64,000 bases of DNA, taken from contig JBNGIO010005880.1 of NCBI GenBank assembly GCA_049999805.1, forward strand, positions 45,391 to 109,390, read 5' to 3'. The notes beneath the pieces were generated by a model that was not told where the DNA came from, did no database searches, and saw only the letters and a list, made by a program, of their open reading frames with translations. The position numbers and the translations under genes are program-made. This DNA comes from Folioceros fuciformis (lineage: Eukaryota). The number at the start of each line of letters is the position of its first letter. The first letter of the stretch is position 1. Positions 1 to 12,444 of this stretch are shown piece after piece.

Positions 1-474
1 GTAGGGGTTGAAGGAAAGGGAGGGAAGATTTCTGCCCTGCAACTGCCCGTAACTCCCACTGCACACCCCGGAAGATGGGACCAGCGAGCACCACTGGGCG
101 GCTGCCGCCATGGCGACTCCTCTCCGTGCTGAGTAAGAAGCGGCTCGGTCTTTGGGAAAATCTACTCAAATGCAGCTTCCTTTTTGTCCCTGTTTGTTCT
201 CGAGCTTGATCGTTGGCAGGGGCCCGTGTAATTAAGTTTCCAGAACTTGAAGAGTTGCCTCAATTTTGATGGTCAATTGTTGTCATGCTTGCTTGGTGCT
301 ATGTTTGGTACTTAAACTGATTGTGAACTGAGTCCCACAGTGGCCCACAGAGGTGAACTCTGGCGTGAAGGAATGGTGGAAACCATGAATTATAGGTACC
401 GAAAAAATAGCGTTCAACGACACTAGACTAATCGAAACGCATAAAAATGGGGAAGGCATCGGAGCCGGGAATAG

Positions 475-2550
475 CTACCGGGGCGCCTCAAAGTCGATGG
501 GAATGGACTGAGGTTCCTTCTTACCCTGTTGGACGGTCACCTCAATGGTGGAGCGACCGAAGAAGAGGGAAACCTTCAGCTTCCGTTTCATGTCCTTCTT
601 GACAAGCCAGCCGTCGGACATCTTGAGGATGAAGCTGCCTTCTAAATGCACGCCAGGTTCGTCTACGAATGCCGGATCCCTGTCTGCGCTCGAGCTGTAC
701 AGCGATATCTTGAGTTCCTTCTGACCATGTTCTGTGGGGTAAAAGACATGGGAGAAGGTATCGTTGGTAAGGATTTCCTGGCCCCGTCGCACAAACACAT
801 GGAACACGTTGGTACACCTTTTTTTGCCATCACTTGTGCGGAATGCATGTGACTCCGGATCTGTAGGCTGAAACTCCCGAGTCACAAGAACGCCGTAGGT
901 TTTTCTCAGCACCCTGGAAACCACGATATCCGGAGAAAGGCCCAGAGTGACAGCTCCTTGGCAGATAGCACTCCCTGCATCCTTATGGCTCACGATCTCA
1001 CAACTCTCCCCGAACCTTCTCCTTAGTCTGTCGTTCAGATAGACACACTGAGAGAAGCCCCCTACCACCATTATGATCTTGATATCGGCCGTCATCTCCT
1101 TTTCAATAAGGAAGATGATCTCATCCACCACAGGGTCGAAAATTCCCCTCATGTCTGCCTCCGAAACCTCTATTTCCCCATAGTGACCTTCCTCACCATC
1201 CTTTGTGCTGTCCATGGAACCATTCCTGTCCTCCTCATAGCTCTGCCAGTGCTTCTCCATCCTGGACGGGATGGCAAGGGTCTGAGGCCCATCCGGGTAC
1301 TCGCCGCTGAAGTCATACTTGAGATCTTCCCACTGGCTCATGACGTAAGATACAGCATGTGGGTAACTGACCAAGATCTCATCCAGGCACCCGATCCTCT
1401 TCCTCAGAAAGCCCAGAAAATTCTTGTCCACATAAGAACCTCCACACAGCCCTCCAGTGCTGGGCGTCATTTGCCGGACTTTGAGAGACGTGGTCCCCTC
1501 GTTGTCCTTGCACTGCACCACAATATCCACCGTCCCTCCACCTACATCAGCAACCAAAAACTTGTCCCCCTTCTTCAGCTTGCTGTGCACTTCGGTGTGC
1601 TTCCAGCAGAAGACAGAGGCAGCCTCAGGCTCTAGCACAATGATGAGTGGGTGCTGGCTCCCAGGCTCTTCGCCATCCATACCCGGGCCGCCTGGTCGGG
1701 TCGACGGCATCCTCTCGTAAATTGCGGTGGAGGTGACAAGCCCAGCAGCCTGGGCGCAGTTTCTCATCTTCTGCTTTGCTTCATCCTCCCATATGGCAGG
1801 CACAGTCAGGCACCATTGAATCTGGCGGGCAAGCAGAACAAGCACACCAACAGCTCAGCCCGAATGCCACTGGCAACCATGCCGGAACACCACCTGGGTC
1901 ATGCAGGACATGCGATACAAACACTGCCACCACGTTCTTCTTACCTCGCTCTTCTTGAGCTGAATCATAGTCAACCTCAGCTTCTCCAGAATGAATTCCC
2001 CAATCGCCTTCAAATAGTCCGTGATAAGGATGTCCACTGTGAGCCCTTCGGGAAGCGGGTCCACATTCCAATTGTTCATCTGCTTGCTGTTGCTGCCTGC
2101 AAGATGGAGCTTGAACTTGGTGAGAAACAGTTTCCCCTCCACAGTGGCGACAGGGGTTGTATTCTGCGTGACTGGTGGAGCTACTGGCGTTGTAGCTGAC
2201 GCCACTCGAGTCCGCCTGCTCCGGGGCGCGTAGGCTGGATTGAGCGCCACGGGTTGCCCAACCCTCCTGTCCTTGTGCGCCTTCTTCATGGCCTCGGAGT
2301 AGGCCACATGAGCAGGCCACCCCCATTTCGTAAACACCCACGTCCCGTCACCGCTAGCCTCGTACAGCAGACTGGTCTGTGTCTTGCAATACGCTCGCAC
2401 CTTGGCCTGCGCTTGCCCAGGCCACTCAAAGAAGGTCCGAATTCCATCCGGATCCGCCGTCTCCGCATACGCAAATCCAGAATACGTGGTCCCGAAATCC
2501 AGCCCGACCACCACCCTGGGCCGGTCCTTGGACGACCCGGAGCGAAACAT
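475..2550 (-). CDS. HSPA12-like atypical Hsp70 / actin-like ATPase; two exons (1945-2550, 475-1821)
   Basis: Motifs VVGLDFGTTYSGFAY, WCLTVPAIW, IVLEPEAAS, VADVGGGTVD, GGLCGGSYVD and VVGGFS. A GT-AG intron at 1822-1944 joins ORFs 1855..2550 and 475..1845 in frame (KKSE|IQWCLT). Confidence 0.85.
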
Positions 2551-3575
2551 CTTCAGATGCGATCAACCGACCATGCGCAGCTGCAGCTGCACAGTCGCAG
2601 ATCCGGATCACACGCTCGCTTCCTTCCTTCCGTCCCTGACGAGCCAGCCCTTAGTAGCTAGCCACTTCCTTCATGCATCCTCCCCAAATCCAATAATGGC
2701 AAGTACAGCAATCGCAGCAGCGAACGCGTGTTTGCGAGACGGGGTAGCCACAAGTACTAGAAGAGCTCGTGCTCTCTCCTCTCCAGCCCTGGGCTTGCCT
2801 TTGCCCTTCCCTCGTCGCCGCCGCTGGTAATCTAGCAGTCGCTGGGGGAGGTTGCAACTGGAAACCGGAGACTGCGACACGGTCAGAAGGCGGGGGACTA
2901 GGCCACAGATCGCGGCTGTAGGCCCGGGACGCGGATTCCCCTGCTCCTTTAAAGTGCATTTTGTGAGAGAAGCAAGGACTGCACTCCCCTGCAAGTGCAG
3001 GCCCTGGCCCAGGCCCAGGCGAGGATAGGTAGATGCATTACGAATGCCTGCCAGAGTTCAAACAACCTACCTCACATGCAGTCGGAATCACTAAGGTCAG
3101 AGCTGTCAGGTCCACGGAGCATGCGACTTGGTGACAAACCCGCGTACAAAACATCCAAATTCCATGCCCAGCATTTTCCCGGGCTCCGGGCCCCAGGCTT
3201 CCTGGGTCATGCAATTTCATGCTGTCATCCGCCTGGTGTTGTAGACTGCTGTAACATATATACTTATTAACAGACGGCTGTAACATACATACTTAGCAGA
3301 CTGCTGTAACTGGGATTGGTTGCTGACGCAGTGATGGATTTTTCGTGGCATCACTCGCTAATCCTGGCATTACTGTGGATGTGGCGTCTTGTAAGCCCTT
3401 CTCTCTTCTGGCAGTACGGCTAGCACATGGTGCGGGTGTGGCTGTGGATCTGCTACGCGGCGTGTGAAGGAGATCCGAGCTTGTTGGCCGAGAGTCTGAG
3501 AAATTGGGTTTGTTAGGTTGCCTTGAGGTCTTGGGAGGAGGAGGAGCAGCAGGAGCAAGAGGAGGAGAGGACGGA

Positions 3576-4299
3576 ATGGCAAGCGGGGTGCTGATTGGCA
3601 GATCTGTCTTCACCGGGCTGGGCCTGATCACAGCTTCTACAGTGCTCTACACTTGTGTCACAGATGGCTCTCCTTTCCGCCGAGAGCTTCTCACACCGTA
3701 ATAGAGTCTTGGAAACTTCTCTGCCAGCAAATGGTGGGTCTGATTAGGTTGAGGGACGGAACTAAAGCCCTACTTCATTGTGATATGATGCAGGTGGATG
3801 TTCGCCACACTCGCTGACTTCTACATCAACATTGCCGTATTCTCGGTGAGATAAATAAAACAGTCTCGGTTGCAGAATGCTTACAGGCCTTTCATCAAGG
3901 CAAGCGGTTGACACTGGCCAGGGCGGTTGCAGATCTGGTTGTGGTATAAAGAATCGTCGTGGGGTCCCCGCCTCATTTGGACATTGCTCTTCATCGGTTT
4001 AGGCAGGTGAGTTTGGATATTGTCAAGACTTCAACTAGCAGGTGGTTGGTTGCATGCACCCGTTTGACAACTAGTTTTTCTTCTTCTTTCTCTGGTGTCT
4101 GCAGTGTGACAGTGTGCTGGTATATTGCCCTTGAGTTCTGCAAGCTGTCTCCCGAAGATCCTCCGCATCTGGTTCTTCTGAGGGAACGGCGGTACAAGTA
4201 TGTGTCATTTTCACCTGCTGCTGCCAGTGCAATCTCGTGTGTCTTACGCTCGGCTATCTGAATGCTTGCCCTGATGCAAGCAGGCTTCGTAGGGAGTAG
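3576..4299 (+). CDS. DUF1475-family small membrane protein, multi-exon (3' end uncertain)
   Basis: Exons separated by GT-AG introns read MASGVLIGRSVFTGLGLITASTVLYTCVTDGSPFRRELLTP / WMFATLADFYINIAVFS / IWLWYKESSWGPRLIWTLLFIGLG / SVTVCWYIALEFCKLSPEDP, matching the plant DUF1475 pattern. Confidence 0.75.
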
Positions 4300-4929
4300 T
4301 AGGTCAGGTGGAGGATGGGTTCTCCCTTAAACTGGTGAAAACTTACATCCACATTCTTGGCAGGAAAGGTGGATAGTCTCAGACGGGTTGGATGTGTCGG
4401 AGTTCATAGTCTCGGATGGAGGGTCGTAATCGAAGAGGAACAGTGCAGTTTTATCACCCTATGTGTACTAAGTGTAGATAGGCGACAACGTTTGCAGCAT
4501 GTATGTACCTGGACATGTGCTGTACCTTGAGGCTAGAGACGTGGTGCTGGGCCCTCATCGGTCCTCGGGATGATAACAGCACACCGGTGGCTTGGGGCAA
4601 AGGACGCGCACAGAATGACTTCATGGATGAGCGTGAAGGGCCAGATAGGGACCCCGCTAACAATATCAAAATCTGGAATAGAAGCTGTCCACGTACCACC
4701 GGACTTGATGAAGGTGCCACACAAACAGCCACACAAACAGGTCTTATAGGAAGAGATAAACGACTCACCCAGCCAATATTCCGAACAGGACCGAAAGCCA
4801 AAAGGGAACAGGACCGCTGGCCAGAAGGGGCACGCACTTATGCCAAAGCTGAACACGCAAGCTTGCACAGACAATATAATATATTAAATTATCTTGTATA
4901 AAATACTCAAAGAGAGCCCGTAGAGTAGG

Positions 4930-5700
4930 GCGCTTGGCTCCGACTTGCAACATGGCAGAAAAAGTGCACTGTGATGTGTTGCCTAGTGGCAGTCCTTCGG
5001 AAAGGTGTTGGAAACGTATGCAAAACGTGGTTTTTGACAGCGTAGCCACAAAGAACGGTGACATGGGATGCCCTGATATCTGGGTAAGCACGGATAGGAC
5101 TTGGCCAGGGGGCACTCCTTCTGCATGGAGAACTGGAGTAAGAGGGCCTCATTTGACCATGTTACTTTGGCTTGCGGACTGAAGGCTTGCGGGAGCACTG
5201 GTGCCTTGCAGAAGGGCAGGCAGCTGCATGAAAGATGCACACCAGTCTTTTGGTATCATGAACACCAAGGTTGTGGTGACGTAGAATCCCCTTACGGCAA
5301 TTGTGATCAGATTCACAAGACACTAGCGTGTTTTGATGAGATGTTATTTGCCGGTGTTCAGACTGATGGTGCTACTTTTCCTTGCCTTCTAGTTAGCATG
5401 CATGCACGAGGGACTGCTTGACGAGGGGGCCGCAAGGACTTTGATTCAATGTCTGCGTAGCATGGCATTACACCTACTATTGAGCATCACATTTGCTTGA
5501 CTGACCTTCTTGGCCGTGCGGGCCATTTGGACAGGGCAGAGGAGATGCTGTTGTTAAGTGAGGGACAAAGCAAGGTTTGTGGGCTTGACGTCTGTGTTGA
5601 ATGCCTGCAAAAGTAACGGCGACATACAGAGGGCCATGTGGTATTTTGAAAAGATTGTTAGACCGCTGCTTACGCAGTTGCAGGCAAGTAGAGCGATATA
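4930..5700 (+). pseudogene. Degenerate PLS-class PPR gene fragment
   Basis: Fragments in different frames, with stops and frameshifts: LKACGSTGALQKGRQLH, FDEMLFAGVQTDGATFPCLL, HGITPTIEHHICLTDLLGRAGHLDRAEEML. Confidence 0.7.
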
Positions 5701-8276
5701 GACAGGATTGGGACACAGAGCCGTGGCAGGAACTAACAAGAAACCTGCCGAGGCAACCAGTGAGGTGAATAACCAGGTAGGTGAATTTTTGGTGGGAGAA
5801 AGGAGAGAGGATATTGCACTAAAGGTGGAGAGCACGAATGCAGGTGTGAAGCAGGAAGGAGGTCATGTACCTCACAAATTTGGCGTTGAAGCCACTGCGT
5901 GAGAAGGAGCAGGAAGATGTGTTTTGTGGACATGCCCAGTAGCTAGCTCTGGCGTATGGTCTCTAGGACGTTCCTAGTGTGGGACACCTCTAGTGGTAAC
6001 CAAGAATCTCCGCACGTGTAGCCACTGTCACTGTCCAACGGAGATCAGGTCAATGGTGAAGGATGAGTACCGTGTGCATCGACTCGAAGCTGGTTTCTTT
6101 CGCCAAGTTTCTTTTTGTGCTTTAAAACAAGACAAAGACAGTAATAGGTAGATCTTTTTTTTTTTCCTCGGTTGTTTCTCCAATCTTTGGCCCTACTTGG
6201 TTGTTCCTCCCATTTTTGACTTTATTTAAGTTATTCTTTTTTTTTAAATAGATAAAAAAAAATTTATCTTTTTTCAATAATAAAAAATATACGGATGAAG
6301 CTATTCGATTGTTCCACTTAAAGATAGATGGAATTTTCCTTTTTTTAATAATAAAAAGTATACCAATGATCAATAATAAAAAATTATACCAATCAAGTTG
6401 ACAGAGACATAGGTTTGCCAAGAATAGCAAGCTACATATCCCAGGAGAAACACATAAGAAAAGCTGTGGGCCTTCTCTATCCACTTTGGGACGCCATAAT
6501 GTTGCGCACGTATTCATGTGGATGTCCGCTATAGAGGCCATGGGTGTGTCCACAAGGTGGGCAAAAGCCAAACGCTAAGTATGGGAAACGTAATGAGGTT
6601 GTGCAACTGTACCCTTGTGCAACTCTTTGGATTGCCATCTTGTATAGTGTGGCCTACCTAATTCGATCAAGAATCGCCATCCATCAATGGGGAGATCGAA
6701 GAGGAAGAATTCTGTTAGGTAGGTTATCCCAAGCCGCTCCTACCGCTTTCTCCTGCTGATGCTGCTGCTGCAGCCGCCACGACAGGTGTCTTTCTCGTAG
6801 GGACGAAGGGAAGACCGCAGCAACTGTTAAGCTTGCCTTTCTGACAAATGTGGGACACTAATCCGATGCTGGTCTTCCCACTATTGCTCCCTAACTGCAG
6901 GGGACTCGGCGTTTGCTTGCACCCGAAAGGTAGTAGCACCAACTCCATCACAGCTGATTACGCTCAACGAAACAATAGCTCTTCTCGCATGATGGAGAGG
7001 CAAGCTTACAGTGGTCTCCATCCCTTTCTCAACCTACTCGCCTTTGCAGCATTCCAAAGACATGCTCAGTCCTTGGTTGCGGGCTGGAACCGGGGGGTGC
7101 GTGTGGGGGTGGAGTAGACTGTGCATCAACTTGGACAGCGACTGGTTCGTGAGGCAATGCGCTACCAACCATGCTTCGTCACCACTCTGCTCCGTCTGTC
7201 CCTGCCGTCTCCCCAAACGGACACAAGCTTGTTGTGCGGCTGGTTGCCAGGCTGATCCCTGACGTTCTTACGTCTCTCATGAAGATCACAAGGCGTCCAT
7301 GCACCCCACGTTACCACATAACGAATGCAAAGGCTCATGCACGCAGGAATCTTGTGGGCCCGCTGACAGTGCAGCAGCTCGTCAAATCCAAACTCCCAGT
7401 CACCATCACTCATCACGCCAGCAGAGGCATGTGATTGAACTGCTGCATACAGTTACTGGAATAGTCTGGAATCAATCCAGTCGCTTGGCATCTTGACTGG
7501 GCGTAACGCCGGCTTATGTGTGATATGAGCGGAGCCTAGCGTTTCCCTAGTGCTGTCATGCCCCTCTCATCTCAGTTTCATCGCTCTGGTGAACTGTATC
7601 GCACAGCACCGTTGCTGTCACGGGTGGTGTGTCCCTTTGTTGGATTCTGAGCGACTGTACTGATGTATCCTGTACAGGATGACCACTGTACAGATGACAC
7701 ACGGTCCTGTCGGTTGGGCCCAGATGGGCATCGTCGAGTTTCGGCTGCTATCCGGGGAAGGTAAAAGGACTCCTCAACAAGGGAGATGGGACATTGGGTT
7801 AGGCATCTTCCCTATGGACGCCTTGTACTTGTGATGTGTGAAGTGAAGCTGGTACCTCATCTGCAAATTCTCTCGAGCTGCCCAGGGCCAGTGGGTCCTC
7901 TCGGCACTGACCGGTTCCCTAAAATCTGCTTTCATGTTAGTGTCACTGTATTTGGCTGTGAAGCTGTTACAAATGTTTCCCCACTGTGTCCATGATCAGC
8001 CACGTTGAAAGGAGAATGATGGTCTTTAGCATTGTTGATTTGTACGCTACCCAGATCTCCCGACCCATCTTACATGAGAAAACGACGAAGTGCACTGAAA
8101 TTCTGTATCGCTGGCACAAACCATCTCTCTGTCCTTCTGCTGTCAGCGGGTGACGATCGAAACCGCCATATGAAAGTGCCGATCTATAGCAGGTGGTTAG
8201 CGTGAGTGTATTCGTCTGCACAGACACCTGGGGGGCTGGCTTTAGGGCTCGCTGCAAGCTGGTCTTCCGAGGCTGG

Positions 8277-9596
8277 ATGATTCGTGCTGCTCGCAAGCTG
8301 CGGATTCGTTGCGACATTCTCAAAGCTCAGCGAACTGGCCGTCCACCTCCGGTTTCTTGCATGGCTAGTGCCAGTGCTGTCTGCCTTGGAGTCCAGTTTA
8401 ACGCCGTAGCTGATGCTTCTGGTGACGGTCAATATTCAGCGAAAGAAGCCACAGAGGGCACGGAATTGGGTGACAGTGTGGACAGGGGTGGAACTGATGG
8501 TGCTGCAGAGATGAGCTCCGCCGTCAACGGCACGCTGCGGAGCCCTGCTGGTCTGGCGACGCCGGAAATTGAAAGGAAGTATGTGCACAGGGTATACGAT
8601 GCCATTGCGCCGCATTTCAGTGCAACTCGCTTTGCAAAGTGGCCGAGAGTGGCCGACTTCCTGGATTCCCTTCAGCCAGGCTCGGTTGTGCTGGACGTTG
8701 GATGTGGAAATGGAAAGTATTTGGGCTTGAATCCCAGGTGCATCTTCATGGGATGTGACATCAGCGCTCCTTTGGTCTCGATTTGTGCCAAACGGGGTCA
8801 CGAAGTACTCGTTGCTGATGCGTTGAACATTCCTTACCGTTCAGATGTCTGCGATGCAGCCATTTCCATAGCTGTATTGCACCACTTGAGTACGGAGCAA
8901 CGGAGAAAGAGGGCAATCACTGAGCTGTTGAGAGTGGTTCGTCCGGGAGGGAAGGTGCTCATCACTGTGTGGGCCTTGGAGCAGGAAAATCCCTCGCTCT
9001 TGTCGAAATGGACTCCCCTCACGAGAAAGTACATGGAAGAGTGGGTGAGGGGATCAGAACGCAAGCTGAAACGCAGTGGGTCCAGCTCCTCGCTGGGGAG
9101 CATCAAGGAAATGAGCAGGGAAGATATGATTGACGATGAACAGACCCCCAGAATTAAGGAAGACTTGGAGGGGCTGGAGCTGGATTTGGATGACTTGAGT
9201 ATTTCCGCTGGGTACAACAGCGGGGAGCAACCGGAGGCTCCAACAAGTGTGCTGGGCGACCAGCGGGAATACTTTGTTCCTTGGCACCTACCATATCACA
9301 GAGCCGAGACTGGTGGAGCTTCAGCAGCTGCTGTAGCCACCGGATTTGCAAGAAAAGATGACAAGAAAGGAGCTGTGGTTTATGATCGCTATTACCATGT
9401 GTTTTCCGAAGGAGAGCTGGAAAGGTAAGCAGTCCTGGCACTTCCTTCTTGTGCACAGCATCCAAGAGTTTTCACCTTCCATAGTGACCATGTGGCTTGT
9501 GATTCTTTAAGGGTGGTAGCGGAAGTCAGTGGAGCATTGCTTGTTGATCATTTTTTCGATAAGTCGAACTGGTGTGTCATCCTCCAAAAGGAATGA
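8277..9596 (+). CDS. TRM9: tRNA wobble-uridine (carboxymethyl-U34) methyltransferase, TRM9/ALKBH8 methyltransferase-like; exons 8277-9424, 9512-9596
   Basis: Motifs YVHRVYDAIAPHFSATRFAKWP, VLDVGCGNGKY, AISIAVLHHLST and RYYHVFSEGELER. The last exon after a GT-AG intron reads VVAEVSGALLVDHFFDKSNWCVILQKE*. Start ATG is 8277 or 8361. Confidence 0.85.
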
Positions 9597-10198
9597 AGGC
9601 CAGTGTCCGTCCCAGCATCAGCAGTTTGGAGAGGATATACGTACCCAGAAGGCCGTGTTTCTGAAGCAGCTGACGAATCAAGTGTGGTTTTTGCAATGTC
9701 CGATGATTTGGGATGACTCCCATCAGCGTTACATCCATTGAAACTATCCGGAGCTCCAAATTCCATACGTGGAAATACATTCACAAGATAACAGCAGGGT
9801 TTTGCATGGAGCAACCTTTGGGTTATCCCTGAAAGGTGAGATGAGATTGCTGACAAACTCTCTTGGCTACTCTCAAGGCAATTTCTCCTTTTCGGTGGCT
9901 CTAATGTAATTTGTTTGGCAGAGTGATAAATTCAAGCTAGTTTTGGGCATGAGTCAGTTGACGAAGACTGGTCTGTTAGTCGTTTGGAGTGTATATCTGC
10001 AGGAGCTCTTTAATCTCTGCGTTCAGGAGTGATGTAGATCAGCTGCTTACTTGTAAGTTTGTGGACATCTTGATAAATTGAGGCAGGCCATGTTTTGCAA
10101 ATGATAGCCTTGTACAAGCACACGGTAGTGAGCAAATACAACATTAGATGTCTTATTTCTTGGAGACTCGGTCTCTCATCTAATTATCAGAAAAAGTA

Positions 10199-11398
10199 CA
10201 TTACGTTAGGCCTACCGGCTGCATAAGCACACCAGGAAGCCAGAAGCAGCAGCGTGATCTCGAATTTTTTCCCTTTTCCTCCATCTCCGAGGTCAAAACC
10301 AGCTTATCCCGGTACAGCATGATCACCACACCCGGGTGCAGCTTGACAGCAGTCTTGAGTAGGAGGAAACGTGGATGCAGCATGATGGTCCGCCTTGGGT
10401 TGCAGGAAGATAGTCGTCTTGGGTAAGAGGAAACGTGGAGACTTTGTTGTGAAAAAGAGATGACAAACTCAAGATAAAGACTGGAAAAGTTGTCATCTAC
10501 CCAAGATAAGCATAAAATCACTCTTCTGATCTTCTATTATGCCTAGGATATCAAAAGCGGGATATGGAAGAAGCTATGATAAAAGGACGGGCAAGAAGCC
10601 ATGAATTTCCTCCTTTTTAGACATGAGGAAGAGCAAAGGCAATCCCCAGCCACCTTTAGGATGGACAAGTCTCAAAGACGAAGTAGTTTACGCTTGTCTT
10701 CCTTGGGATGAACACTTGAAGCCTATACAAGCTAACCTTGGAGAGCCAAGTTAAGGAAAGTGAGGTAGTCTTAACCTTTGAGGATAGGGAACCCTGCTTA
10801 GCCTTTGAGGATAGGGAACCCTCCTTAGTCTTAGCCTTTGAGGATAGGGAACCCTCCTTAGTCTTAGCCTTTGAGGATAGAGAACCCTCCTTAGTCTTAA
10901 CCTTTGAGGATAGGGAACCCTCCTTAGTCTTAGCCTGTGAGGATAGGGAACCCTCCTTAGCCTGTGAGGATAGGGAACCCTCCTTAGCCTCTCATGATAG
11001 GGAACCCTCCTTAGCCTCTCATGATAGGGAACCCTCCTTAGCCTCTCAGGATAGGTAATAGGTAACCCTCCTTAGCCTCTAAGGATGAGAAACCCTACTT
11101 AACCTCTGAGGATGAGAAACCCTACCAACCAAAGGGAGGCCTACAAGGAAAGATGCTTTGCTTTACTCCTAAAACAAAGGACTCCAAAATGTAGGAACCC
11201 CTTAAGACGAAATATCTTCACCTCTGAGAATGAGTAACCCTTGCCAAAAGGAGGGATGCTTACTTAGAGAAAGATGCCCTCCTCTACTCCCGAGACAAAG
11301 ACTCCAAAATGCAAGAATCCCTTGCATCTTGTTATTGGAGATCACACTGCAGCTTCTAGCTTCCTGGTGCTGATGCAGCTGGTGGGCCTAACGTAATG
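10199..11398. mobile_element. Putative non-autonomous element bounded by imperfect terminal inverted repeats of about 61-63 bp
   Basis: 10199-10261 (cattacgttaggcctaccggctgcat...gtgatctc) is the imperfect reverse complement of 11338-11398 (gagatcacactgc...ggcctaacgtaatg). No transposase ORF and no clear target-site duplication. Confidence 0.6.
10765..11125. repeat. Minisatellite of 27/33-bp units (ttagcctttgaggatagggaaccctcc[ttagtc])
   Basis: Visible directly as about a dozen units; it produces the repetitive 'FEDREPSL' ORF 10738..11058. Confidence 0.95.
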
Positions 11399-11775
11399 GG
11401 AGTTAGAAGGACTGTCATGGCAAGGCCAAAGAAAACGACCATACAAAGATGACAAGGAGATTTATGCTACACATTGTCGTGTTTGTATCGTAATCATTAT
11501 CATTGTCCAAAATTTTATTAAAACATGTCCTAGCATGTATATTCCAATAATTCACCCGCATATCTAGACATTTAAAGAACATATCTCAAAGTTGGATGGT
11601 ACTTGGCCAAGGAGTTTGCTACTCATCGACTTCTTGAGCAAGTATAAGGGTGCATTTTAGGAGCAAAGATAAGGGTCCATCAAAGGCATAGGCTCCATAC
11701 ACAAACGTTCTCCAAATCAGGTCCTCTCGAGCGACACAAGCTAAAAATTCTGTGTCTGCGGTAGCGCGGAGCGCA

Positions 11776-11841
11776 CAAAACCCTACAATCCGGTGTTTAG
11801 GGTGTTGATTGGCCCCTTACACCTGTTTAGGGTTTAGGGTT
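11776..11841. promoter_or_regulatory. Cluster of telo-box-like motifs (aaaccct / tttagggtttagggtt)
   Basis: aaaaccct near 11777, tttaggg near 11796 and tttagggtttagggtt near 11826. Telo-boxes are known plant promoter elements of ribosome-biogenesis and snoRNA genes. Confidence 0.4.
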
Positions 11842-12444
11842 CTAGCAAGGACTCATAGAAGGAGAGGCTACGACCGATGGCTGTGCGCCAAGTGGTGGCC
11901 TATCCTTTCAGGCCACGGTCAGAAGTGGGAAGAACCGCGTTCGGCATTTACTGGAGGGAGAGCTGAGCAAACTCAGGGGATCTAAAAGCATGTTTGGCTC
12001 CCGATTGATCGAAGCTGATGGCCATTAGAAGCCATCGCCTAAGCGAACGAAACCGCTGCACGGAATCGTGGCTTAACCGGCTGTACCGTGTGTCGATTCG
12101 ACGGTGAGAGGTAAGTTAAGGCGGTTAACAAGTAAAGTAAGGGAGCCACCGCACAACAACGTGGATGAATCCTTGGGGATGGCACCCAACGTCCCTTCGC
12201 TTGACATAATGACCTGCTCAACAATAACAAGCACGAAAGCGCGCAGAGACTATAAAACTTGTGGGAAAGCATGAATTGCTAAGTCTCATGAATTTAAATA
12301 ATACTACAAAGAATGAAGTCGCCAGTGAAATCAAGAACACACTAGTGACCAGAAGCTTTTCTTGGGACCGAAAGGGGACGGCGATCAGAAACATGCTTCA
12401 CTACAAACTGTTAACCAACACGAGAGTCAACCCACATGCAATCA

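Noticed and set aside
1822-1944. Frameshift or split gene in the Hsp70-like locus
   Set aside because: Explained by a canonical GT-AG intron.
10765-11125. CRISPR-like array of dyad repeats, and the 'FEDREPSL' ORF
   Set aside because: The units are contiguous with no unique spacers, there are no cas genes and the context is eukaryotic. The ORF starts at TTG and is a by-product of the repeat.
11740-12270. Telomerase RNA on the minus strand (aaccctaaaccctaaac template-like motif, tcccac USE-like motifs)
   Set aside because: No correctly spaced USE plus TATA lies ahead of the template-like motif, and the motif spans more than two repeats. Telo-boxes explain it more simply. An Infernal search with a plant TR model would settle it.
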